Assembly (NCBI GenBank): GCA_015523565.1
Contig: WAKA01000095.1
Coordinates: 18,383-82,382 of the forward strand
Direction of reading: 5' to 3'
DNA from: Candidatus Heimdallarchaeota archaeon
Lineage (GTDB): Archaea > Asgardarchaeota > Heimdallarchaeia > Heimdallarchaeales > Kariarchaeaceae
DNA length: 64,000 nt
A program made the position numbers and the translations under genes. Below, piece after piece: positions 1 to 9,152 of the stretch (its first letter is position 1; every line of letters begins with the position of its first letter). The notes under the pieces were generated by a model. That model made no database searches, was not told the DNA's origin, and saw nothing but the letters and a program-made list of their open reading frames with translations.

Positions 1-1
1 C

Positions 2-1936
2 TATCTACAACAAGCACTTGCTCCACTAGGCATAGATGTCAAGGTAGTCGGCAAGCCATTCAGCCAATTTGTTGGTGACTTGCTCTTTGTCAGTCCCAAA
101 CCATATGGCATTGGCATTGTCGGATTTGTTGGCGGTTCTGTCATTGCCCCTGACTTCTATGACCTTTACCACAGCCAAGGGTTCTTCGGTGATCTCCTCT
201 ATCAACTGGCATCTGATGAATGGCAGTCTTGGTTGCCAAATGACCCTGGCAGCGGTGGTATCACCCAACGTGAGGTGGACAACCTCATCGGCAACATGAC
301 AAACTCTTTTGACCTGCTTGGTGAGAGAAAGCAATTGACATTGCAATTCCAGCAGATGTTTATGGAACAGTTGCTTTATGACTATCCACTTCTTGCCCCA
401 ACTGGCATTTTCTCAATTTGGCATGGACTCGAAAACTTCGACCCTGAAGAGGGTACCCTTGGTTCTGCATACCTTGGTGCATATTGGGGTAATGAAACCT
501 CCCCAGACAGGCAAAACAATGCATCAACCATCGCAGTCAGGCTTGCCTCCATTACTGGAAACTTTGACCCTCTCCAAGTTGCAGACAGTGAAACATCAAC
601 AACATTGGCTGGATTATTCCCAAGCCTTCTGTTGTTCTCTGGAAGGGATTACAGCCCCCATCCATTCTTGGCAAAACAATTCAATGTCAGCACATGGTTT
701 GATGCTCCAATTGGTCCAAACGGAACAACTGTTGATGTGCCTTACGGAAGAATGGACTTTTGGATTAACAATGATTGGAAATGGAGATATCCAAACGGAA
801 CTGAATTCGGACCAGTCACCGTCGATGATGTCAAGTTCTCATTTGACTTGAGAACCGCACCCCACACCCTTATCAACGGCAAATCCGCGTATCAATATAT
901 CCATCATGTCGAGACCAATGCGACTGAGGGACGGGTCAGTGTTTTCGTTTCTGTACCAAATGTTGATGACCTCTTTGCATTTGGAGGTATGGATATTGTA
1001 CCATACGACTTGTTGGGCGGTGAACTTACATTCGCCAACGGCACAAAAATAACCGCTTTGGGTAATACCTCATACAACCCATTTGAAACCGAAGAATGGA
1101 ATGCTTTTGAGGACAACCCAGTGCAAAGCGGTCCATATTACATTGACTTCTCAGACGTCAATCAATACAAGCCTGGTGAGTATATCTACAAGTGGGCAAA
1201 CCCAGACTTCACCTTCCCCAATGAATGGGACAGCTCAAACTTTGACATGAGAACCCCTGAAGCAGAGGATGCATACTTCTTCGCATGGGCAGACGATCCA
1301 AATACTGCAACCCATGAGAAACCAACTGAGATGACAATCAACCAATTCTACTATCCAATTGTTGAGGACATCAATGTAGAATTGATCCTCTTCAAAGCAG
1401 GTGAAGTTGACTTGACTTCACCCACTGCTTTCGGTGGTAATGAGCTACAATCCCAAATCAATGATCCAAGGTTTGACGTGCACACTGTTTCAACCACAGC
1501 CACAGCAGACCTGTTGATATTCAACCTGCTTGATCCCAACCTGAAGAAATACAATGTCAGGAGAGCAATAGCTCACGCTGTCGACAAAACTGCATTGCAA
1601 GCACTTGTTGACAATCTCCGTGAGCCACAGGACTCACCTGTCAAACCATTCTTCAAGAACAACTACTACTCTGACCAATGGAAGATCCCATACGACATTG
1701 AGGCCGCAAAGGATCTTATGAGGAAAGAAGGTTATACAATTGTCGACCAAGCCGCAGCTAACCCAACAAGCGTAGCTTCATCCAAAGTCGAACAAATTCA
1801 AACCTCTGTCCAATCCAAGGTTAATTCCGTAGTTAACAAAGTGACACAACAAATCAGTCCAAGCCCAGTTGCAGCATTCTTTGCTTCTTTGGCTGTAATG
1901 ACTGTTGTTGTTGGTCTTAAAAGAAGAAAAAACTAA
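2..1936 (+). CDS. Extracellular solute-binding protein, family-5 (ABC substrate-binding)-like, 5'-truncated by the window edge, with a C-terminal TM anchor
   Basis: Frame 2 is open from nt 2, so the listed ORF 80..1936 only starts at an internal TTG. It has SBP_bac_5-like stretches (e.g. ADLLIFNLLDPNLKKYNVRRAIAHAVDKTALQ) and many N-x-S/T sequons (NMT, NET, NAS, NVS, NGT). The C-terminus is a hydrophobic helix plus a KRRKN tail, typical of archaeal surface-anchored binding proteins. Confidence 0.6.
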   Translation, partial: YLQQALAPLGIDVKVVGKPFSQFVGDLLFVSPKPYGIGIVGFVGGSVIAPDFYDLYHSQGFFGDLLYQLASDEWQSWLPNDPGSGGITQREVDNLIGNMTNSFDLLGERKQLTLQFQQMFMEQLLYDYPLLAPTGIFSIWHGLENFDPEEGTLGSAYLGAYWGNETSPDRQNNASTIAVRLASITGNFDPLQVADSETSTTLAGLFPSLLLFSGRDYSPHPFLAKQFNVSTWFDAPIGPNGTTVDVPYGRMDFWINNDWKWRYPNGTEFGPVTVDDVKFSFDLRTAPHTLINGKSAYQYIHHVETNATEGRVSVFVSVPNVDDLFAFGGMDIVPYDLLGGELTFANGTKITALGNTSYNPFETEEWNAFEDNPVQSGPYYIDFSDVNQYKPGEYIYKWANPDFTFPNEWDSSNFDMRTPEAEDAYFFAWADDPNTATHEKPTEMTINQFYYPIVEDINVELILFKAGEVDLTSPTAFGGNELQSQINDPRFDVHTVSTTATADLLIFNLLDPNLKKYNVRRAIAHAVDKTALQALVDNLREPQDSPVKPFFKNNYYSDQWKIPYDIEAAKDLMRKEGYTIVDQAAANPTSVASSKVEQIQTSVQSKVNSVVNKVTQQISPSPVAAFFASLAVMTVVVGLKRRKN

Positions 1937-2021
1937 ACACTCATCAATTTAAAGTGAAATAGTATCAAAAAGTTATCTTAAACAAAAAAAATCTAAAAAA
2001 AGTTTATTTGGAAATAGTTAC

Positions 2022-3815
2022 GTGCAATTCAAAAATATTAGTATAAGAAAGAAAATATTCATTATTGTTCTTCCTATATTGATCATTTCCGCTTTTATTT
2101 TCGGGTATAGGGAATTTAATCAAACATCAAATATTATTGTGTCTAATTTCGACGGTAATCTGGAAAACACAATCGATCTGATAAACAACAAATTAATTGA
2201 AAGAATCACATTTACGCAGAATTTATTGAAAATGCTTGCTTTTTCAAATTTGTCCAAAGCTAAATTTAATTTCCCTAACGATAAAACAGTTGATAGCATA
2301 GTCTATTCATTTTTGGATTCTTTTGAAAACTTGAATGATACTGGAATTTTTGAAGTTTCATTACTTAACTCAACAGGATTTGAAATTGCAAAAGCAGAAT
2401 ACAGGAATCTTAGGGGTAAATTTTACGCAGTGCCAATCCGCGGATTGAAATTACAAGACCGTACAACCGAGGCTTATTTTATAGAAACAAAAAACCTCGT
2501 TGAGGGGCAATTTTTTGTTGATGAAATTCATTTGCAACGTCAGGACGGCGATATAAGGTTTAATCTTGGAGAAGTTATTCCTGTCTTAAAATTAGGTGCT
2601 CCAGTATATGATAATGGTAATTTCCTTGGAGTGGTTGAAATTGGACTATACTTTGACTTTTTCATTAAATCTGATTTGGAATCCTTGAATAAATTAGGTT
2701 CCCTTAATGTTTCAATTGTTGATAGTCATGGATATTTTCTTTATGATAGCTCGTCACCTTGGTCCTCCCCTCAAGACTTGGCTTCAAATTTCACAATATT
2801 TGAAAGATATGAAAACATTGTGTTTCCCAAAGGGGATGAATTCAAGATAACAAGCTTTACACAGCAGTCAAGAATCTATTTGAAAACGCTAGGGATACAT
2901 CCTTCGTCTGGAAATAAATATTTCTTTATAATTGATGCTGATTTAAGTAGTACATTTAGTCGTTCTGGCAAACTTGCACTTTCAGGCATCGTTTTGCAAT
3001 TTTTCATATTCTTGGTAATCGGATCTCTAATTTTCTTCTTTTTTGAAATATTTGTATTTAAAAGGCTTCAGCATCTAAATCAACAACTCACAAAAATCGA
3101 ACAGGGAAAATTGAATGAGATAAATTTGGAGGAAGAAACGATTGATGAGATAGGTCATATTTACCAAACTTTGAAAGGAATGGTCATTTCATTAAGCGAA
3201 ATAATCTCAAATGAACGAATGCTAATTTCGCAAATAAAGGAAAAAACCGTGCATCTAAATCATACGGCAGAAGATGTGACATCAGCTTCAGAAGAGGTTT
3301 CTGCTACTGCTGAATCTCTTTCATTGGGAGCACAGAACCAAACAGAATTAATGGGAGAGGTGACAGGTTCCCTTCATTCATTAAATAAATTGATAGTGGA
3401 TGTTTCCAAGGAAATTGAAATCAGTGCAAAACTCATTTCTGACATCGCAATGCAGACAAACATACTTGCGTTGAATGCAGGTATTGAGGCAAGCAGAGCG
3501 GGGGATTATGGTAGGGGTTTTTCTGTTGTGGCAGACAACATCAGAAAACTTTCAAATGAAACACAAGAGGCAGTCAAAAGAATTGCAGAAACTTCAGAGC
3601 ACTTGGTAAAGGAAATGAAAAATTCATTTGACAGTATAGCTTTACAACTCGAAAACGTAATGAGTGTGTCAGAAGAGACCTCTGCCTCTTCAGAAGAAGT
3701 GGTGGCTTCCATAGAGGAAATCAAAAGTTCAATGGCTTCACTTCTCGAAGAATTCCAAAATCTGAAAAGTATTGCAGAAGACTCTGAAAAAGGTCTTTCA
3801 AAATTAAAAATTTAG
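2022..3815 (+). CDS. Methyl-accepting chemotaxis protein (two TM helices flanking an extracytoplasmic sensor domain, then a signalling domain)
   Basis: It has the highly conserved MCP hairpin MQTNILALNAGIEASRAGDYGRGFSVVADNIRKLSNET. There is an N-terminal TM helix (IFIIVLPILIISAFIFG) and a second TM helix around aa 320-345, followed by a HAMP-like linker. The start is GTG. Confidence 0.85.
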   Translation: MQFKNISIRKKIFIIVLPILIISAFIFGYREFNQTSNIIVSNFDGNLENTIDLINNKLIERITFTQNLLKMLAFSNLSKAKFNFPNDKTVDSIVYSFLDSFENLNDTGIFEVSLLNSTGFEIAKAEYRNLRGKFYAVPIRGLKLQDRTTEAYFIETKNLVEGQFFVDEIHLQRQDGDIRFNLGEVIPVLKLGAPVYDNGNFLGVVEIGLYFDFFIKSDLESLNKLGSLNVSIVDSHGYFLYDSSSPWSSPQDLASNFTIFERYENIVFPKGDEFKITSFTQQSRIYLKTLGIHPSSGNKYFFIIDADLSSTFSRSGKLALSGIVLQFFIFLVIGSLIFFFFEIFVFKRLQHLNQQLTKIEQGKLNEINLEEETIDEIGHIYQTLKGMVISLSEIISNERMLISQIKEKTVHLNHTAEDVTSASEEVSATAESLSLGAQNQTELMGEVTGSLHSLNKLIVDVSKEIEISAKLISDIAMQTNILALNAGIEASRAGDYGRGFSVVADNIRKLSNETQEAVKRIAETSEHLVKEMKNSFDSIALQLENVMSVSEETSASSEEVVASIEEIKSSMASLLEEFQNLKSIAEDSEKGLSKLKI

Positions 3816-3860
3816 CATACAAGAACAAAATTTTATATCGTTCCCGTAAAATTTGACTTA

Positions 3861-4394
3861 ATGACAATATGGCGATTTAGGGGATGCCAGCCAAAAATAG
3901 GGAAAAATGTGTTTATAGCTCCCTCTGCAGACGTCATTGGTGATGTAACCATTGAAGATGACTGCTACATTGGTTTTGGCTGTAGACTGAGGGGTGATTT
4001 CGGTTCAATTCATATTGGTAAAGGCACCACGATTCAAGAAAATGTCGTTATTCACACAAAACCAGAAGAAACTGTTGAAATTGGTGAAAATGTTACCATA
4101 GGTCATGGGTCCGTTCTGCATGGATGTTCCATTGGCAACTTTGCATTGATTGGAATTCGTTCAATCATAAGTGATTTCGCAACTGTGGGGGAATGGGCTG
4201 TTATAGGGGAAGGAAGCTTAGTTCGAAGGAAACAAATTGTTTCAGCCAGAAGCATTGCTGTTGGTTCCCCTGTAAGGATTATTGGCACAATAGATGATCG
4301 AAAAACAGTTAAAATGGAGATGGAGGAGACAAAAAAACATTATAGGGACCTTCTTGAATGCTTGAACAGCAATGATTGTCTTGAAAAAATATAG
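3861..4394 (+). CDS. Gamma-class carbonic anhydrase-like / hexapeptide-repeat (LbH) protein, YrdA/PaaY/CaiE family
   Basis: It has left-handed beta-helix hexapeptide repeats (IAPSADVIGDVTIEDDCYIGFGCRLRGD). The conserved His positions are present (VVIHTKP, IGHGSVLHGC). Its size of 177 aa is typical for the family. Confidence 0.8.
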   Translation: MTIWRFRGCQPKIGKNVFIAPSADVIGDVTIEDDCYIGFGCRLRGDFGSIHIGKGTTIQENVVIHTKPEETVEIGENVTIGHGSVLHGCSIGNFALIGIRSIISDFATVGEWAVIGEGSLVRRKQIVSARSIAVGSPVRIIGTIDDRKTVKMEMEETKKHYRDLLECLNSNDCLEKI

Positions 4395-4443
4395 GAAGGC
4401 AAACTCTATAGATTTTTTTTTAAATTAGGACAGATATTTCACA

Positions 4444-5898
4444 TTGGAAATGGTTGAGCTAAAAAGAATAAACAATAATGTTTGGGAAATTCCTGTTACT
4501 GCCAGGTCAGACATGAATGTTCCAGTGCACATTTATTCCTCAGAAATATTATTGAAAGACTTGGATCAGGGAGTTATAAATCAAGGGATGAATGTTGCAT
4601 CATTGCCTGGCTTGGTGAAAAAAGTCTCCGTTATGCCTGATGGGCATTGGGGATATGGATTCCCAATTGGTGGCGTTGCCGCAATGGATGTTGAAGAAGG
4701 TGTCATTTCTCCAGGCGGTATTGGTTTTGACATCAATTGTGGAATGCGGTTAATTAGAACTAACCTTACTATTGAAGATGTCAAACCTAAACTAAAGGAA
4801 TTAGTGGATGAACTATTCAAGGCAGTTCCAACAGGTGTCGGTACAAAAGGCTTGATTTCGTTGAAAGACCGCCAATTTGACGAAGTTATGCAGAGTGGAA
4901 TTGATTGGGTGATTGAAAATGATCTTGGATGGAAAGAGGATAAGCAATTCATGGAAGAGCAAGGGGTGATCAAGGGTGCAAGGCCTGAATTGATTTCACA
5001 AAAGGCACGTTCAAGGGGTCGTAATCAGTTGGGAACACTTGGCAGTGGCAATCACTTTCTTGAAATTCAAGTGGCACATCCCCAAAACATCCATGACAAG
5101 GAAACAGCAGAAGCTTTTGGTGTAGATATTGACAATCAAATCGTCATCATGATACATTGTGGTTCTCGCGGTTTTGGGCATCAAATAGCTTCTGAACATT
5201 TACGTGTCTTTTTGGAGGCAATGCCGAGATATGGCATAAAAATATTGGATAAGGAACTGGCCGCAGCCCCAATAAAATCGAGAGAAGGTGAAGAATATTT
5301 TGCATCCATGGCGGCCGCTGCAAACATGGCATTCGCAAATCGTGCAATTATTATGCATCAAACAAGGAAAGTTTTCTCAAAAGTGTTCGGTCAGGATCCT
5401 GAAGACTTGGGTATGAGACTCACTTATGATGTTTGTCACAATATTGCAAAATTTGAGGAACACACTGTTGATGGTGAAAAACGGGAGGTCTTGGTTCATA
5501 GAAAAGGTGCGACTCGTGCTTTCGGTCCCAATCATCCAGATTTGGCAGAAAAATACAAACCTTATGGACAACCAGTCATTATAGGTGGAAGCATGGAAAC
5601 TGGTTCCTATATCTTGGCAGGCACAGATGAATCCATGCATGAGGCATTTGGAAGCTCAGCACATGGATCTGGAAGGACAATGAGCCGAAGCAAAGCCAAA
5701 AAGCAAATTACAGGACAGGAACTCTATGAACAAATGTTAACTAAAGGCATATATGTACGGGGCGCTTCTTGGAAAGGTCTTGCCGAAGAAGCAGGATTTG
5801 CCTATAAGGATCTTTCAGAAGTAGTCAAAGCCTGTGAAGGTGGTCATTTGGCCAAACCCATTGTTCAATTAAGACCAATCGGAAATATTAAGGGTTAA
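4444..5898 (+). CDS. rtcB: RNA-splicing ligase RtcB (3'-phosphate/5'-hydroxyl RNA ligase)
   Basis: RtcB signatures are present: MPDGHWGYGFPIGG, GFDINCGMR, GSGNHFLEIQ, HCGSRGFGHQ and the C-terminal HGSGR. The true start may be the ATG at 4450, where a T/A-rich TATA-like run sits about 25 nt upstream. No intein is present. Confidence 0.95.
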   Translation: MEMVELKRINNNVWEIPVTARSDMNVPVHIYSSEILLKDLDQGVINQGMNVASLPGLVKKVSVMPDGHWGYGFPIGGVAAMDVEEGVISPGGIGFDINCGMRLIRTNLTIEDVKPKLKELVDELFKAVPTGVGTKGLISLKDRQFDEVMQSGIDWVIENDLGWKEDKQFMEEQGVIKGARPELISQKARSRGRNQLGTLGSGNHFLEIQVAHPQNIHDKETAEAFGVDIDNQIVIMIHCGSRGFGHQIASEHLRVFLEAMPRYGIKILDKELAAAPIKSREGEEYFASMAAAANMAFANRAIIMHQTRKVFSKVFGQDPEDLGMRLTYDVCHNIAKFEEHTVDGEKREVLVHRKGATRAFGPNHPDLAEKYKPYGQPVIIGGSMETGSYILAGTDESMHEAFGSSAHGSGRTMSRSKAKKQITGQELYEQMLTKGIYVRGASWKGLAEEAGFAYKDLSEVVKACEGGHLAKPIVQLRPIGNIKG

Positions 5899-6839
5899 AC
5901 ATCCCATTCTATAGCCATTGTTCCCATTGAAAATCCAAGGCTTGTGCCTGACACCAAGATTTTCGACCCCTTTTTGATCAATCCATGTTCAATCCCATAA
6001 TTCAATTGAAACAGCAAATCATTGGTTCCCATGTGTGGCACTTCTTGAAGGCATTTCAATCCTGTTTTTTCCAATGGGAATTTCATTTGTTCCAACACCA
6101 TCTTGGTCGCTGCATATGTTGAACAACTTAAAGCAATAAAATCAATGTCTTTTGGATATGTTTTCATGGCAAGACATGCCTTTCGCATATGAGTTCCGAA
6201 TGTTTTCACCATGTAAGCTGAAAGCTCCTTTCCTTTCTGTAAATTTGCCAACTGATATTTTGCATCACTGTTCAGAACAAACATGTCTCTAAAATAAGGG
6301 TTTGTGCTTATTTCCACATATCTTATCATGTTTCCGTGATCTGCCTTGGAAAACGCAAATGCCCCAATAGAATCAGCAAAGATACAATTCCCGTCTGAAC
6401 AATTGTTTGTATATTGTGTTGTCATTTGAACTGATCCAACTATGATGTTTTCAATTTCTGGGTGTATGAAATGGGTTCCCGCGATCTGTGCGGCAACTGT
6501 AACCGAAGCACATCCAAGGGAAAAATCAAATCCAAATCCTTCAGCTCCTGGAAAGGCTTCCATTGTGACTGGGCTTGCTCCTTCTGGATGCCTGTCTATG
6601 CCATTATGAATCCCCAAAAACCCTTGAATGTCTTCTCCTGTCAATCCTGCCATTTCTGCTGTTTTCCTGACTTCACTTATGAGTACCTTGTCCCAATCAC
6701 TTTCATTTGAATAGACATAGGTTGCAGGAACAGGATTTCTACCAAGGACTGTTTTTGGAAGATTAAGCTCTTCAACTGCTATGCGCTTATCGCCCTTGTT
6801 GTAACTCCATCCAGAAAGAGAAAGGTTATCGAACTTCAT
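5895..6839 (-). CDS. FabH-like beta-ketoacyl synthase III / thiolase-fold condensing enzyme
   Basis: It has a thiolase-fold layout with an active-site Cys context (FSLGCASVTVAAQIAG). A His/Asn region (VPHMGTNDL) resembles the FabH HQAN motif, and the C-terminus (GTSLGFSMGTMAIEW) resembles the FabH GFGGGLTWG...W motif. It is divergently transcribed from accC. Confidence 0.65.
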   Translation of the reverse strand: MKFDNLSLSGWSYNKGDKRIAVEELNLPKTVLGRNPVPATYVYSNESDWDKVLISEVRKTAEMAGLTGEDIQGFLGIHNGIDRHPEGASPVTMEAFPGAEGFGFDFSLGCASVTVAAQIAGTHFIHPEIENIIVGSVQMTTQYTNNCSDGNCIFADSIGAFAFSKADHGNMIRYVEISTNPYFRDMFVLNSDAKYQLANLQKGKELSAYMVKTFGTHMRKACLAMKTYPKDIDFIALSCSTYAATKMVLEQMKFPLEKTGLKCLQEVPHMGTNDLLFQLNYGIEHGLIKKGSKILVSGTSLGFSMGTMAIEWDV

Positions 6840-6973
6840 AGAACTAATTCATAAGCCAAAAAGCCTATTCAATAAAGTTTCTTTGTTTACAATATCTATT
6901 TTACAGATAAAAAACAAGAAGAGCCCAACATCCCGAAAAGATTTTCTACACTTGATCGCCAATCATGCAACCA

Positions 6974-6983
6974 TTTTTTTATT
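6974..6983 (+). promoter_or_regulatory. TATA-like box upstream of accC (leaderless-type spacing)
   Basis: The run TTTTTTTATT is centred about 24 nt upstream of the ATG at 7003, and no SD sequence lies between them. This fits archaeal TATA-to-TSS spacing for a leaderless mRNA. Confidence 0.3.
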
Positions 6984-7002
6984 CATGAAAAAAACTTGAA
7001 AC

Positions 7003-8481
7003 ATGATCCAAAAATTACTGATTGCCAACCGAGGTGAAATTGCACTCCGCATCATTCGAGCTGCAAAAACCTTGGGGGTTGAAACAATTGCCGTCTATTC
7101 AGAACAAGACAGGCATTCATCACATGTGAAAATGGCTGATCTGGCAATCAATATTGGCGGAGGTCCTGCAAGCAACAATTACCTGAGCATTGAAAAATTG
7201 ATTGATGTCGCTGAAAAACATGAGGCTGACTCTGTACATCCAGGTTATGGTTTCCTTGCCGAATCCCCTGAATTTGCAGAAGCTGTTGTTAAAGCAGGAT
7301 TTAAATGGGTTGGGCCAAGTGCCGAAGTAATCCAAAAACTTGGTGATAAGCTTACTTCTAGATCCATTGCCGAAAAGGTTGGTGTACCCACTACTTCTGG
7401 AAGTCCAGATCCAGTACTTCCAAACGAAGATGCAAAAAAGATTGCAAAAGAAATAGGCTATCCTGTCATGATCAAGGCATCATATGGAGGAGGCGGTATG
7501 GGCATTCAGGTTGTAAGATCTGAGGATGAATTGCTCCCAACCATTGAAAAAACCTCCAAACAAGCTCAAGCGGCATTTGGGAACCCTGAAGTTTTTATTG
7601 AGAAATTCATAGAAAAACCACGACATATTGAATTCCAATTCATGGCCGATAAAAGAGGGAATGTTGTCCATTTAGGGGAAAGAGAATGCTCAATTCAAAG
7701 AAGACATCAAAAGTTAATTGAAGAAGCCCCATCAATGGCTATCAATGAAGAAGAAAGGGAAAAAATGGGCAAACTGGTTAAAAAGCTTGCAAAATATGTG
7801 GGATATGAAAATGCAGGGACGGCTGAGTTTCTCTATAAGGATGGTCAGTTCTATTTCAATGAAGTAAACACACGAATTCAAGTGGAGCATCCAGTCACAG
7901 AAATGATAACGGGCAAGGATCTTGTCCTTGAACAACTTCTGGTTGCATCTGGAAAAAGACTTTCATGGAAACAAAAGGATATTGCTTTCAATGGCCATGC
8001 AATTGAATTGCGAATCAATGCAGAAGACCCTCTCCAAAATTTTGCTCCTACTGCTGGAAAAATAGAACAATTGTCAATCCCTGGTGGTCCTGGCGTCAGA
8101 TTTGACTCACATATTTATTCAGGATATACTATTCCTCGTGAATATGATTCCCTGCTTGGAAAATTGATCATTTGGGGAGAAAACCGCAACCAATCAACTG
8201 CTCGTGCTTTTATTGCAATGACCGAACTGGCAATAACAGGTGTGCCAACCAATCTCCCATTTCATCGGGTTGCAATTGCCAACAAGAATTTCCAAAAAGG
8301 CAATTTGAATACCCATTTCATCGAAGATAATCTGATACTTCCATATATCCGTGCTGCATACAATAGGAGGGTTGCTGCATTGTTTGCCACACAAATGAAA
8401 ACGCGAAAGGTCTTTCTTCCAATCAGGGAGCAATCCAATTGGCGAAGGGTTGCCTTAAAGGAAATGACAAGGAGGTACTGA
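7003..8481 (+). CDS. accC: Biotin carboxylase subunit of acyl-CoA (acetyl/propionyl-CoA) carboxylase
   Basis: The ATP-grasp biotin carboxylase is conserved along its full length: KLLIANRGEIALRIIRA, HPGYGFLAE, GYPVMIKASYGGGGMGI, ERECSIQRRHQKLIEEAP, NTRIQVEHPVTE. Confidence 0.95.
   Translation: MIQKLLIANRGEIALRIIRAAKTLGVETIAVYSEQDRHSSHVKMADLAINIGGGPASNNYLSIEKLIDVAEKHEADSVHPGYGFLAESPEFAEAVVKAGFKWVGPSAEVIQKLGDKLTSRSIAEKVGVPTTSGSPDPVLPNEDAKKIAKEIGYPVMIKASYGGGGMGIQVVRSEDELLPTIEKTSKQAQAAFGNPEVFIEKFIEKPRHIEFQFMADKRGNVVHLGERECSIQRRHQKLIEEAPSMAINEEEREKMGKLVKKLAKYVGYENAGTAEFLYKDGQFYFNEVNTRIQVEHPVTEMITGKDLVLEQLLVASGKRLSWKQKDIAFNGHAIELRINAEDPLQNFAPTAGKIEQLSIPGGPGVRFDSHIYSGYTIPREYDSLLGKLIIWGENRNQSTARAFIAMTELAITGVPTNLPFHRVAIANKNFQKGNLNTHFIEDNLILPYIRAAYNRRVAALFATQMKTRKVFLPIREQSNWRRVALKEMTRRY
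8471..8476 (+). promoter_or_regulatory. Shine-Dalgarno-like site (GGAGGT) for accB, inside the 3' end of accC
   Basis: GGAGGT lies 6 nt upstream of the ATG at 8483. The accC stop (8479-8481) is 1 nt before the accB start, which suggests translational coupling. Confidence 0.45.
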
Positions 8482-8482
8482 A

Positions 8483-9076
8483 ATGACTCATCCTGCAATC
8501 AAAAAATCAATGGAAGCACAGGAGAAGCTCAAAAAACAATCCCATGAAAAAGTGGAATTGCCTAAAGATTACCTAAAAGAATTCAAATCGTACGATATTG
8601 TATTTACAGGTCGAAAGTCCACACTTCTTTATAATGAAAAAACTGGTGAAATTATCATAGATGGCCAAATATATAAGCCACAAGTGATTGATTGTGGATC
8701 CCATTATGAAATTAAGGTTCTCGGAAAACATTCTTACAATGTATCTTATAGTGAAGGTCACATTTTCCTTGATGGACGGATGGTTGATTTCTCATTTACC
8801 CCTTCAGTCCCCAAACTCAAAAGAAAAGGAAAACACGGTGCCAATAAAATTGAAATCCGTTCTCCTCTACCTGGTGTGATTGTTGGTCTTCATGTCAAAG
8901 AAGGGGACATTGTCAAGCAGGGGGATAAAATTGCCACATTAGAGGCAATGAAAATGCAAAATGAGCTGGTCACCGACCAAGATGGAATTGTTGAAAAAAT
9001 ACATATCAAAATCAATGACCAAACAGAAACCAACCAAATTATTGCCCTGATCAACACCAAAATTGAAAGCAATTGA
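8483..9076 (+). CDS. accB: Biotin carboxyl carrier protein (biotinyl/lipoyl domain) with an N-terminal extension
   Basis: The C-terminal biotinyl domain has the EAMKMQNE biotinylation motif (Lys within AMKM). A PLPGVIV...VKEGDIVKQGD context precedes it. Confidence 0.85.
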   Translation: MTHPAIKKSMEAQEKLKKQSHEKVELPKDYLKEFKSYDIVFTGRKSTLLYNEKTGEIIIDGQIYKPQVIDCGSHYEIKVLGKHSYNVSYSEGHIFLDGRMVDFSFTPSVPKLKRKGKHGANKIEIRSPLPGVIVGLHVKEGDIVKQGDKIATLEAMKMQNELVTDQDGIVEKIHIKINDQTETNQIIALINTKIESN

Positions 9077-9152
9077 TATTCTATAGCTATAGTATAAAAG
9101 AAAACTCGACCTGCTCAGTTGATTTTAAAAACCAATCCGTTTATCCTGATAC

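Noticed and set aside
26-346. A 106-aa minus-strand ORF at the start of the window.
   Set aside because: It lies entirely antisense to the solute-binding-protein gene, whose frame is open from nt 2 and carries recognisable family motifs. It is a shadow ORF with no motifs of its own.
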